A DNA stretch of 64,000 nucleotides, taken from assembly GCA_902798205.1 (NCBI GenBank), contig CADBVV010000001.1:69621-133620 (forward strand). The letters run 5' to 3'. This DNA comes from an uncultured Pseudomonadota bacterium. Its GTDB lineage: Bacteria > Pseudomonadota > Alphaproteobacteria > Rs-D84. Of this stretch, positions 52,856 to 62,480 are shown piece by piece. Both the position numbers and the translations under genes were made by a program. Every line of letters begins with the position of its first letter. Within the stretch, counting starts at the first letter, position 1. Under the pieces are notes generated by a model, which had not been told where the DNA came from, ran no database searches, and saw only the letters and a program-made list of their open reading frames with translations.

Positions 52856-53728
52856 CTAGAACAATATTTTTACGTCAGCACCCAATTGAATTTCTTTGTC
52901 TTCAAATTCATAATCGAATTTAGCAACATATTGTGTGTTCCCATATTGACGCAACAATTTCAAATTCAACCATTCTTGATTTTTTAACAAATTGGTATTT
53001 GTTGATTTTCGAAGATCAAATCCGATGCCTGCGCGCCAATCATACATAAAACGGAAATATGCTTCTGGGATAAAATCAAGGTAAGACAAACCACGTGTAT
53101 CATCAAAGACCCATGTAGATTTCACAGTACCCGCCAATGTTACACCTGTATATTGACGTCCCATACGAAGTCCTGCATAATAGGTAGAATCTGCATATTC
53201 AGGTGTTCTTACATGTGAAGATCCCCAAACCTTTAAACCAAACAAAACGTCTGATATAATATGATTTTCATTAAATCCGTGACTTGTACGATATGTTCCA
53301 CCAAGTTCTGTACTGGAAAAACCGCTTTCGTTATGACCGGACCAATCCCATTGATATAACATATTTGCATGCACAACGAAATTATTGTTTATACCATATC
53401 CTATGTGTTCTCCAAAACGCATACGTTCATCAAAATATGAAATATATGTATCTGATAAAAATTGGTTATCGCCAACCAAGAATAACGGATCAGATAAATC
53501 ATTAGATAACAAACTTTTTTTGGCAGGCTTTATTTGTTTTCCCGCATAAGAATTTGATTGTGATGATGAATAAGTATTCGATGTTTTTGGTGCAACAAAT
53601 GGTTCTTCATTTACAGAACTTTCAACACTTTCATCATCCGCGACATAAGTATCGGATAAAACAACACCTTCGCCGTATGCACTGGTTAAGCCGAACATGG
53701 CAATCATCAAAAACATATATTTTTTCAT
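52856..53728 (-). CDS. Outer-membrane beta-barrel protein, uncharacterised
   Basis: The start was moved to the ATG of MKKYMFLMIAMFGLTSAYG (signal peptide). The protein is strand-rich with a C-terminal VKILF. Confidence 0.6.
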   Translation of the reverse strand: MKKYMFLMIAMFGLTSAYGEGVVLSDTYVADDESVESSVNEEPFVAPKTSNTYSSSQSNSYAGKQIKPAKKSLLSNDLSDPLFLVGDNQFLSDTYISYFDERMRFGEHIGYGINNNFVVHANMLYQWDWSGHNESGFSSTELGGTYRTSHGFNENHIISDVLFGLKVWGSSHVRTPEYADSTYYAGLRMGRQYTGVTLAGTVKSTWVFDDTRGLSYLDFIPEAYFRFMYDWRAGIGFDLRKSTNTNLLKNQEWLNLKLLRQYGNTQYVAKFDYEFEDKEIQLGADVKILF

Positions 53729-53759
53729 ATCTATCACACCAATTTGTTAAATAAGAACC

Positions 53760-55043
53760 TTAGAAGTACAAGATCGCTTGAACCCCGATTTTCCATTCAT
53801 TGTAATCTTTGATTTTATAATCACCAACAGTGTACAAATGTTTACTGTCTGTGAACACAGGATTATCAGAAGAATCTTTTGGATATATTGTTGGATTAAT
53901 ATCGTTGTTCATATATTGTCTTGTTTTACCTTTTGCAGAATCATAAAGGCTTGTTGATGCATAAATGTTCAATGCAAAACTATCTGCAGGTTGCCATCCA
54001 ATTGCACCTTTGATATTTAATTGGTTATGCCAATCGTAATGGCCATACATCAATTCGCCATTTAATGTGAAATATTTATTCAAAACTGCGAACGCACCAA
54101 TACCACCTTCTATTTGCAAGATATTTTTAACATCTGTGTTATATGAAAGCATCAAATAATCGCCAGTATTATTATCAACATAGATACCATAAATATCATT
54201 TTCTATTAAATTCGTGTATGCAATACGGCCAACACCGTAAACTGTTGTTCTGTCAATTTTGTATCCAGCCTTTACTGCCCCCATAAATGTATTTGCGGCA
54301 TCTTTTTGATGTTGATAAAATGCTTCAAACATCGCAATCCATTCGTTTGTATCAACAAAACGATTTTGTAAACCAATTCCAAATATATTTAATCCAGAAT
54401 CAGATTTACTGTCAGTGCCAGCAGTTGGGTCAGACCAATCTTTGAATGTAATCTTGGTTGAATCGTATTGTGCCATCAAAACCAATGACAAAGTATCGGT
54501 CAAACCATAACTTAAATCTTCTTTGATTGCAAATTGACCTGTTTGCGCCTTGCCAGAAAGAATTGGATTTATTTCACCATAAAGACTTCCGAGATATGTA
54601 GTTGATGCAGGATCAATATTGTACACCGTACCATTTAACATATCAAAATTAAAACTGTTACGTGCATACGACAAATCTGTCACAGATCCAATTTTACCTT
54701 GTAATGGTTGAAAGAAAGGATTTGCCAAAAAGAATTTTCTTTCTTGGGATGAATAAGATTTTTTAACAGCCTTTGTCTGTTTTTGTTCAGGATTATAATA
54801 ACCTGTATTTTTATATGTTCCACGTGGTGCATATGATTGAACCGGTTGACCATAATAAAAATTATTGGTTATCACATTGCTGTACCCACCAGTTTTACGG
54901 CTTGTGCTTGCCCTTTTATACGTATTTGTCTTTACAGATGGCGTTGTATAATATGCCTTGCCAGATTGTTTGTATTCATATGCAGATGCAGAAACAAACG
55001 GCATCAATGCGACCAAAGCCAAAGCAAGCGAATACTTTCTCAT
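53760..55043 (-). CDS. Outer-membrane beta-barrel protein, uncharacterised
   Basis: The start was moved to MRKYSLALALVALMPFVSASA (ATG 55041-55043), preceded by GGAG. The C-terminus is VQAILYF. Confidence 0.65.
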   Translation of the reverse strand: MRKYSLALALVALMPFVSASAYEYKQSGKAYYTTPSVKTNTYKRASTSRKTGGYSNVITNNFYYGQPVQSYAPRGTYKNTGYYNPEQKQTKAVKKSYSSQERKFFLANPFFQPLQGKIGSVTDLSYARNSFNFDMLNGTVYNIDPASTTYLGSLYGEINPILSGKAQTGQFAIKEDLSYGLTDTLSLVLMAQYDSTKITFKDWSDPTAGTDSKSDSGLNIFGIGLQNRFVDTNEWIAMFEAFYQHQKDAANTFMGAVKAGYKIDRTTVYGVGRIAYTNLIENDIYGIYVDNNTGDYLMLSYNTDVKNILQIEGGIGAFAVLNKYFTLNGELMYGHYDWHNQLNIKGAIGWQPADSFALNIYASTSLYDSAKGKTRQYMNNDINPTIYPKDSSDNPVFTDSKHLYTVGDYKIKDYNEWKIGVQAILYF

Positions 55044-55124
55044 AAAAAAACTCCTTTCCATTTTGTTTTATTATATCACAAAAAAGGCTTACAAAAAAGA
55101 CAAAAAATACAAAAGAAATAAAAA

Positions 55125-57365
55125 TTATAAAATATGTCTTTTGCCACTGGCATCAGGCGCACTTACCACGCCATCATTTTCCATACGTTCTATCAATGTA
55201 GCGGCTTTGTTATATCCAATACCAAGTCTACGTTGGATATATGAAATGGTTGGTTTTTTATCACGAATAACAATTTCTTTGGCCTGTTCATAAAGATCAT
55301 TCGATTTTGCTTCTTTTGACATAGGCATTCCAGGAATAACACCGCCAGAAACATCACCTGCTTCTTCGTTTGTAACGCCATCTGCATATTCTGGTTCGCC
55401 CTGTTCACGCAAGAAATCTGCGACACGATTTACTTCTTCGTTATCAACCAATGCGGCATGTATACGCACAGGTGCACGACCAGCTTCACTGAACAACATA
55501 TCACCCTGAGGCAACAATTGTTCTGCGCCCTTTTCACCCAATGTTGTCATTGAATCAATAGGTGAACGTGCCTGGAACGATATACGCGTTGGGAAATTCG
55601 CTTTAATAACACCAGTAATAACATCCGCACTTGGACGCTGGGTTGCCATGACAAGATGGATACCTGCGGCACGTGCTTTTTGTGCCAATCTTTGTACGCA
55701 CATTTCAACATCTTTGCGCGCAATTGTCATAAGATCTGCCACCTCGTCTATAATAATAACAAGGTATGCCATATCTGATAAATCAACAGCTTTGGTTTCA
55801 AATTCAAATTCACCGGTTTCTGGATCTGTGCCGACAACAACCTGTTCGGTCATTACTTCGCCACTTTCACGTAATTTTGAAACTTTTTCATTGTATTCAC
55901 CAATATTTCGCACACCCATTTTCTTAAGTTTTTGATATCTGTCTTCCATATCACGCACAGACCATTTTAACGCATTAACAGCCTCTGTTGCATCTGTAAC
56001 AACTGGTGTAATAAGATGTGGTACATTATCCCACGCGGCAAAATCTACCGCCTTTGGATCGATAATCATTAATTTACATTTATCCGGTGTAAAATGATAA
56101 ACGATGGACGTGATAATAGATTGAACAAATACAGATTTTCCAGAACCTGTACGCCCTGCAACCAACATATGTGGCATTTTTGCCAAATCATAATACATGG
56201 CCTCACCACTGATATTAACCCCCAACGCCAACGGTATCGCATATTTAGAATTAACAAACATAGGATTAGACATTAATGTTTGATAACGAACAATCTTTCT
56301 GTCCACATTAACCATTTCAACACCAATATATTGCGTTCCCGCAACTGGTGTGATACGAATTTTTTCTGTTGCCATTGCACGCGTCATATCACGCGCAGTA
56401 TCTGTAACTTTATTTATACGCGTTCCTGGTTCTGGTTCAAATTCATATTGCGTTACAATTGGCCCAGGTTTAATTCCAACAACCTTGCCATATATACCAA
56501 ATTCTTCGAAATGGTCTTGTAACAAAATAGCGGTTTGTTTAAATTCAGGTGTAACAACATTTTTACCAAACAAAGATTTTTCCAATAATTCTGGTGGTGG
56601 TAATTCATATTCGTGTGCTTCGGCTGCACCAATGGCAATGGCGCGTTTACGTGATGCCTTGCGACGCTTTGGTTTTTCTTCTATTTCTTCTTCGTCATCA
56701 TCTTCTTCGTATTCTTCTTCGTCTGTTTCTTCGTCATCTTCGTCATATTCTTCTTCGTCATCAGTATTTTCATCCATAGGCATCAAATGGAAAACAGACA
56801 ACAACCATCTTGTCCCATTTACTGTAAATTCAAATGCGGCCCTTACATGCGACCATTTTATATGTAATAAAATTCCAGACATAACCAAAAACAACAACAA
56901 AAACACTATACCAACAGGCAATGCAGCAAAACCCAAAATTGGTGCAACATCACCGGCGACAATAGCACCGGCAAGTCCGCCAAAACTTTTATCTGGCCAC
57001 ATTAACCCCAATGCTGCGCAACCAATACACAACGTCACAAAACCACGTAATAAATTGTATTCTGGTGCCCTTTCTTCATCCCATCCTATGAATAAACTTA
57101 AACCAAAACGTCCCAAACATAAAAATAAAAACAACGCCGGTATAAAACCAACAACATATCTTGTAAATGTAACAATATTTCCAATTATACCCTGGGAACC
57201 AAATGTACCCTGAACCGCAAAGCCGGATAAATATGGATTATAGAAAAACAACGCGAACACCAACCACAAAGAACACAAACAGAATAAAATTCCAATACCG
57301 CGCACAGATAACTTGCGCAACATATCAGAAATACTGGTTGGCAAAAACTTTGACTTTTTGTTCAT
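55125..57365 (-). CDS. ftsK: DNA translocase FtsK
   Basis: The start was moved to MNKKSKF. N-terminal TM domain, acidic linker, motor domain with Walker A AGRTGSGKSV and Walker B IIIDEVADL, and a C-terminal gamma (winged-helix) domain. Confidence 0.92.
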   Translation of the reverse strand: MNKKSKFLPTSISDMLRKLSVRGIGILFCLCSLWLVFALFFYNPYLSGFAVQGTFGSQGIIGNIVTFTRYVVGFIPALFLFLCLGRFGLSLFIGWDEERAPEYNLLRGFVTLCIGCAALGLMWPDKSFGGLAGAIVAGDVAPILGFAALPVGIVFLLLFLVMSGILLHIKWSHVRAAFEFTVNGTRWLLSVFHLMPMDENTDDEEEYDEDDEETDEEEYEEDDDEEEIEEKPKRRKASRKRAIAIGAAEAHEYELPPPELLEKSLFGKNVVTPEFKQTAILLQDHFEEFGIYGKVVGIKPGPIVTQYEFEPEPGTRINKVTDTARDMTRAMATEKIRITPVAGTQYIGVEMVNVDRKIVRYQTLMSNPMFVNSKYAIPLALGVNISGEAMYYDLAKMPHMLVAGRTGSGKSVFVQSIITSIVYHFTPDKCKLMIIDPKAVDFAAWDNVPHLITPVVTDATEAVNALKWSVRDMEDRYQKLKKMGVRNIGEYNEKVSKLRESGEVMTEQVVVGTDPETGEFEFETKAVDLSDMAYLVIIIDEVADLMTIARKDVEMCVQRLAQKARAAGIHLVMATQRPSADVITGVIKANFPTRISFQARSPIDSMTTLGEKGAEQLLPQGDMLFSEAGRAPVRIHAALVDNEEVNRVADFLREQGEPEYADGVTNEEAGDVSGGVIPGMPMSKEAKSNDLYEQAKEIVIRDKKPTISYIQRRLGIGYNKAATLIERMENDGVVSAPDASGKRHIL

Positions 57366-57405
57366 AATCGGTATTTTATCACAAATTAAGACAAAGTGCA
57401 AAAAT

Positions 57406-58083
57406 CTATTTTGAATTGATTTTCTTTAATAATGCTTTTGCAAAATCGGCACACAACATACCAATAAAAGCACCGACAATAACATCACTGGCCCAATGTG
57501 CACCAACATAAACACGTGATACACCAATTATTATGGCCAATGTCCATGTTAACCATTTAATCTTTGGAAACAACATCCCCAACATAACCAGTCCAGCGAA
57601 ACTGATTGACGCATGCCCAGATGGCATAGAATGAAAATCATGACTGGTTGAAAACATATTGAATAATGCAGGATCAGAAAATATAGGTCTTGCACGTCCA
57701 ATTATTATTTTTAACACTTCTGTAAAACCGCATGCAAAAAATAGAGATAAAAACAGATAAAAAACATAGCTGTTTTTAATTTTTATAAAAGCATATCTAA
57801 AATCATATTCGTTTGTTACGGCTTTATAACCAAAAAATACAGCAACAGAAATTAATGAAAAACATACCCATACTTTCCAATTAAAGATTGTGCTTAAAAC
57901 CAAAGCAGCAACACATAAATTATTTGATGTATCTGGAACATTAAGATTACATGCCGGGTTATTAATTAAATCAAACAAAGGTTTGTCAAAAAATAAAATA
58001 CCCAACAAAGCCAACACCAATGTGATAACGGTGCCCCAACCAATCCATTTCCATTTCAAAGTATTATCGTTTCTAATAAACAT
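57406..58083 (-). CDS. PAP2-family membrane lipid phosphatase
   Basis: Acid-phosphatase motifs KIIIGRARP, PSGH and SRVYVGAHWASDV. Confidence 0.8.
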   Translation of the reverse strand: MFIRNDNTLKWKWIGWGTVITLVLALLGILFFDKPLFDLINNPACNLNVPDTSNNLCVAALVLSTIFNWKVWVCFSLISVAVFFGYKAVTNEYDFRYAFIKIKNSYVFYLFLSLFFACGFTEVLKIIIGRARPIFSDPALFNMFSTSHDFHSMPSGHASISFAGLVMLGMLFPKIKWLTWTLAIIIGVSRVYVGAHWASDVIVGAFIGMLCADFAKALLKKINSK

Positions 58084-58084
58084 A

Positions 58085-59593
58085 TTATAAATCCATTAAT
58101 TCGCTGTATATTTTTTTATCGGTTAAAATTTTCATACTGACAGCAGTAGCCATACTGTCTTCGTCTTCACCACTGGTGATACTTGGACATGCTTTACGCA
58201 AAGCCTTTATATCAACTTTCTTGTCATTATTATAATCGCGCGCATTAAATTCGCCGTTTATTATGTTAAGGAAAAAGGCTTCTCTTTGTTCTGCGTTTCT
58301 TATATTAGATAAACAAACCAATGGGAAAACACCACGTCCATCGATGGCATTGCCCTTTCCTGTTTTTACAGATTTATTTAACAATTCCAAAACACCACCA
58401 TTTTTTAAATCTATGTGGCTGGCAATTCTTGAACGGCCCGCGGTTGGTGTTCCAATTAAAACACCGCGTTTATTTTCATAGAAAGCTGATGCTATTGCTT
58501 CGCTGGTTCCACTGGTATTATCCGAAATCAAAACAACAACAGGTGCCTTGGTAACAGCATCACCACCTGGAACAATTTCCAATTCATCAACCGCTGTTTC
58601 GCTTACACGCATCACAGGAACAGAACCCATGAATAATCCAGCCATCTTGGCAGCAGCTTTTTCATTATCACCCTTTGTTGTTCTTAAATCTAAAACAATA
58701 CCGTCAACATTGTTATATTTTGCCAATGCTTCATTAACTATATCAACCGCCCCATCAGATACTTTGTGAACAACAATTTCTAATATACCATTTGTTGTTT
58801 CATTCTTTGGACGATAGACAATATCTGCATCTGCCAACACAACGGTTGCGCGACGAAGTGTCACATTTCTGTTTCCAAAAGGTGTTAATAATTTTACTTT
58901 CACTGTCCCAGAATTATATCCGGCCAATATCGCACTCATATCCGCATCAGACATTTGTGCAACACGTTTTCCGTTAACTTCTGATATTATATCGCCTTCG
59001 TGGATACCGGCAATATCAGCAGGCGAATCTTTATAAACACCAGTAATTCTGAAATTAGATTTAAAATCACGTCCACCATCAAAACCAATACTGGTCAAAA
59101 TACGTGTATCTGCATCATTTATCGCATCACGTGAATATATATATGTACCATTTTGATCAATACCACTAAGCAATGCATTAACAACAACCTGGTATAAACC
59201 AGAAACAGGCAACGAACGTAATTGCGCATCTTTTTCACGCATCTTTAAAATCAAAGCAGTTGTGATTTCACCGTATGCCTTCCAATCTTTATCTTCTGGA
59301 TAAGGATAATTAGCAATCAATTCATCGCCCCAAACCAAAACAGCCCTTTCACCAGTTGCTGCGATATGTGCACTTGGGTTTATTTTTTCCAAACTTTCAA
59401 TTGCTACATCAATATTTTTTCCGGCCCAATTAACACCGTCCAATTTTTCATAAATATCAGCAAACACATCAGATACAGCATGAACATCTATACCGTCCAT
59501 ATATTTAACATCGTCATGAAATAAATCTGATGCACAAAGCACACCAGGGAAACTGATTAACCCCATTACAAAAAGTAAATTAGTTATTTTCAT
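58085..59593 (-). CDS. ctpA: S41-family C-terminal processing peptidase with a PDZ domain
   Basis: Signal peptide, PDZ-like GVYKDSPADIAGIHEGDIISEVNG, and an S41-like LDLRTTKGDN and SGTSEAIASAF region. Confidence 0.72.
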   Translation of the reverse strand: MKITNLLFVMGLISFPGVLCASDLFHDDVKYMDGIDVHAVSDVFADIYEKLDGVNWAGKNIDVAIESLEKINPSAHIAATGERAVLVWGDELIANYPYPEDKDWKAYGEITTALILKMREKDAQLRSLPVSGLYQVVVNALLSGIDQNGTYIYSRDAINDADTRILTSIGFDGGRDFKSNFRITGVYKDSPADIAGIHEGDIISEVNGKRVAQMSDADMSAILAGYNSGTVKVKLLTPFGNRNVTLRRATVVLADADIVYRPKNETTNGILEIVVHKVSDGAVDIVNEALAKYNNVDGIVLDLRTTKGDNEKAAAKMAGLFMGSVPVMRVSETAVDELEIVPGGDAVTKAPVVVLISDNTSGTSEAIASAFYENKRGVLIGTPTAGRSRIASHIDLKNGGVLELLNKSVKTGKGNAIDGRGVFPLVCLSNIRNAEQREAFFLNIINGEFNARDYNNDKKVDIKALRKACPSITSGEDEDSMATAVSMKILTDKKIYSELMDL

Positions 59594-59623
59594 TTTGTTC
59601 TCCTTTCCCCTGGTGTTTGTATC

Positions 59624-60487
59624 TTAATAATTTGTTTCTCTTAAATTAAAATGATACAAGATAACATTTGAAATATAGATACTGGTCAATGTTCCACTTA
59701 CGATAGAGAATGTCATTGCAACTGCAAATTCACGCAACATTTGCCCACCAAACATATAAATACCGACCATAGCCAATATAGTTGAAACAGATGTCATGAT
59801 TGTTCTGTATAACATTTCATTAACAGATAAATCAATCACATCACTTATTGGCATTTTGTGATATTTTTTAATATTTTCATCAATACGGTCATAATTCACA
59901 ACTTTATCATTAACGGAATAACCAACACCCATCAAAATAACCGCAATTGCTGTTTGGTTAAATTCAAGACCTGCGATTGAAAAGAATCCAAACATCAATA
60001 CAAGGTCGAATATCAATGATACAAATGAACCAACCGCATATCCGCCACGATATCTTATCCAGATATATACAGCCATCATTACAAAAGATACCAATATTGC
60101 CAAGATACCACCGCGAATTAATTCACCACCGATTTTTGGTCCAACAACCTGCACCTGGGAATAAGTTACACGATTGCCCAAAATGTTTTTAATTTCTGCA
60201 ACACGAACATTTTGTTCTTCATCGGTTGAACCCTTTGGCAAACCAACGCGCAACAATACGGCATTACCATCAATTGCCTGTAATTCTGGTTTAAACGCCG
60301 CCAAATCGTGACGCATTTTATCGACAGTATATTCCGCACTGGTTGGGACAACTTCCATAGATATACCACCGGAAAAGTCGATACCATAATTAAAGCCTTT
60401 GAATACGATTGACAATATGGACAGCACAACACAAATTGCAGAAATCCAATATGATAATTTACGATATTTCATAAAATGCAGTTTCAT
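59624..60487 (-). CDS. secF: Protein translocase subunit SecF
   Basis: GIDFSGG and typical SecF TM organisation, downstream of secD. Confidence 0.9.
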   Translation of the reverse strand: MKLHFMKYRKLSYWISAICVVLSILSIVFKGFNYGIDFSGGISMEVVPTSAEYTVDKMRHDLAAFKPELQAIDGNAVLLRVGLPKGSTDEEQNVRVAEIKNILGNRVTYSQVQVVGPKIGGELIRGGILAILVSFVMMAVYIWIRYRGGYAVGSFVSLIFDLVLMFGFFSIAGLEFNQTAIAVILMGVGYSVNDKVVNYDRIDENIKKYHKMPISDVIDLSVNEMLYRTIMTSVSTILAMVGIYMFGGQMLREFAVAMTFSIVSGTLTSIYISNVILYHFNLRETNY

Positions 60488-60519
60488 AATTTTACCCCTT
60501 TGATTGCATTTTCTTTATA

Positions 60520-62079
60520 TTATTTATTTCTTATATAACCAATTTTTTTGCTTTTGCCGTTCATATAATAATCAACAAAAACACGTGTTAACAACAAACA
60601 TGTAAACAATGTTGTTGCCACACCAATTGATAATGTAACTGCGAATCCACGAATTGGACCTGCACCGAATTGGAACAAAATCAATGCGCAGATTAAATTG
60701 GTTAATTCACCGTCCAATACAGTTTTTGTAGAACGTGTAAATCCATAATCAACTGCACGTAATGTTGGAACACCGGCACGCACTTCATCACGAATTCTTT
60801 CGAATGGCAAAATGTTTGCGTCCACCGCCATACCAAGTGTTAACACGATACCGGCAATACCAGGCAATGTAAGCGTTGCACCAAACAATGCAGAAACACC
60901 AACAATCATTAACAGGTTAACAATCAAAACGATGTCTGCGAACAAACCAAATATTCCATACAACATTGCCATGAATACTAATACAAATAATACACCGACC
61001 ACAGAACCAATCTTACCAGTTGCAATTGTATCAGCACCAAGTCCCGCACCAACTGTTCTTTCTTCGATAACTTCCAATGGGGCTGGCAAAGCACCAGAAC
61101 GCAAAAGAACAGCCAAATCTTTCGCACTTTGCAATGTAAAGTTTCCAGAAATCTGTCCACGACCACCAGGAATTGGTTCACGAATTGTTGGGGCGGACAA
61201 AACTTTATCATCCAAAACAATTGCAAAACGTTCGTTAACATGTTCTGTTGTTAACTTTGCAAAACGACGTGCACCAGATGCATCAAATTCAGTTGTCACA
61301 ACAGGCATATTATTTTGATCAAATGATGCTTCTGAATTTTTCAAACTATCCCCTGATACTTCGACACGTGAATAAACAGCAACCTTTTGACCTGGGTTTT
61401 CCATATAATCAAGGAACATTGTACCACTTGGTGCATGACCAGATGACAATTGTTCATTGGTAATATTTTCATTTACCAAATGGAAAGTCATCTTTGCTGT
61501 ACGACCAATTAATTCTTTGATATGTTCTGGGTTATCCACACCAGGTAATTGAACCAAAATGTATTTACCGCCCTGGGATTGAATCGAAGGTTCTTTTGTT
61601 CCCAACGCATCAATACGACGACGAACAATTTCAATACTGCGGTTCATAGCATCTTGAATCATTTCTTCGCGCGCTTTCGAAGTATATGTTATTGTCAAAG
61701 TTTTACCAGAAGATGTAACATCTACCCCGTTACCCAAAACACTGCGTAAACGACCTTTGGCTTTTGATACTTCATCGCTTTCACGAACAACTAATGACAC
61801 ACCATTACCAGTATTACGTAATTCAGAAAAACGAATAACACCTTTGCTTCTGTCAATCAAGGCACTGCGTGTTTCATCATAAAGTTGTGCAGATTTTTCT
61901 TTTAACATAACATCTGTATCAACTTCCAATAAAAGTTGTGCGCCACCTTTCAAATCCAAACCCAATGGGATCGGTTGAATCCAAGATGGGAAATACGGTG
62001 CCAATTTTGGAGAAATTGTTGGAACAGCCAACAACATACCAAACAAAGAAATAAATATAATTGCTAATTTCCTAAACAT
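60520..62079 (-). CDS. secD: Protein translocase subunit SecD
   Basis: LGLDLKGGAQL, a periplasmic domain and a C-terminal 6-TM bundle (AGIAGIVLTLGMAVDANIL). Confidence 0.9.
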   Translation of the reverse strand: MFRKLAIIFISLFGMLLAVPTISPKLAPYFPSWIQPIPLGLDLKGGAQLLLEVDTDVMLKEKSAQLYDETRSALIDRSKGVIRFSELRNTGNGVSLVVRESDEVSKAKGRLRSVLGNGVDVTSSGKTLTITYTSKAREEMIQDAMNRSIEIVRRRIDALGTKEPSIQSQGGKYILVQLPGVDNPEHIKELIGRTAKMTFHLVNENITNEQLSSGHAPSGTMFLDYMENPGQKVAVYSRVEVSGDSLKNSEASFDQNNMPVVTTEFDASGARRFAKLTTEHVNERFAIVLDDKVLSAPTIREPIPGGRGQISGNFTLQSAKDLAVLLRSGALPAPLEVIEERTVGAGLGADTIATGKIGSVVGVLFVLVFMAMLYGIFGLFADIVLIVNLLMIVGVSALFGATLTLPGIAGIVLTLGMAVDANILPFERIRDEVRAGVPTLRAVDYGFTRSTKTVLDGELTNLICALILFQFGAGPIRGFAVTLSIGVATTLFTCLLLTRVFVDYYMNGKSKKIGYIRNK

Positions 62080-62097
62080 TTACATACCCCTGTGAAA

Positions 62098-62412
62098 TTA
62101 TTCAATACTTGCGATTGCGTGTTTGCTGACTTCGACAACAACACCTTTGGCAATTTCCATATCGATTGTTTTTTCATTTACTTTTTTTACAACACCATAA
62201 ATTCCGGCAGCCAAAACACGATTGCCAACCTTTATACTGTCTAACATTTTTTGATATTCAGCCATACGTTTTTTATTTGGACGTATCATAAAGAAATACA
62301 ATATTGCCATGATAATAACGCAATATAAAATCATGCCCCACATACCATCGCCTGCCTGGGCAGCAGGAACAGTTTGTGTCACTTGATTTGCAACTTCGAT
62401 TCCTTGATTCAT
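62098..62412 (-). CDS. yajC: Preprotein translocase subunit YajC
   Basis: A single TM segment followed by FFMIRPNKKRMAEYQKMLDSIKVGNRV, upstream of secDF. Confidence 0.85.
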   Translation of the reverse strand: MNQGIEVANQVTQTVPAAQAGDGMWGMILYCVIIMAILYFFMIRPNKKRMAEYQKMLDSIKVGNRVLAAGIYGVVKKVNEKTIDMEIAKGVVVEVSKHAIASIE

Positions 62413-62480
62413 AAAAAATCTCCTTTTTTATATGGGAATACTAGTAAAAAATCAAAGATAAGTAAAGCCAAAAAACCGAA

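Noticed and set aside
56690-56780. Asp/Glu-rich low-complexity tract (DENTDDEEEYDEDDEETDEEEYEEDDDEEEIEE) in FtsK as a separate feature, and the poly-Ser antisense ORF across it
   Set aside because: FtsK linkers are commonly low-complexity and variable. The poly-Ser ORF is just the reverse-frame reading of the GAA/GAT-rich tract.
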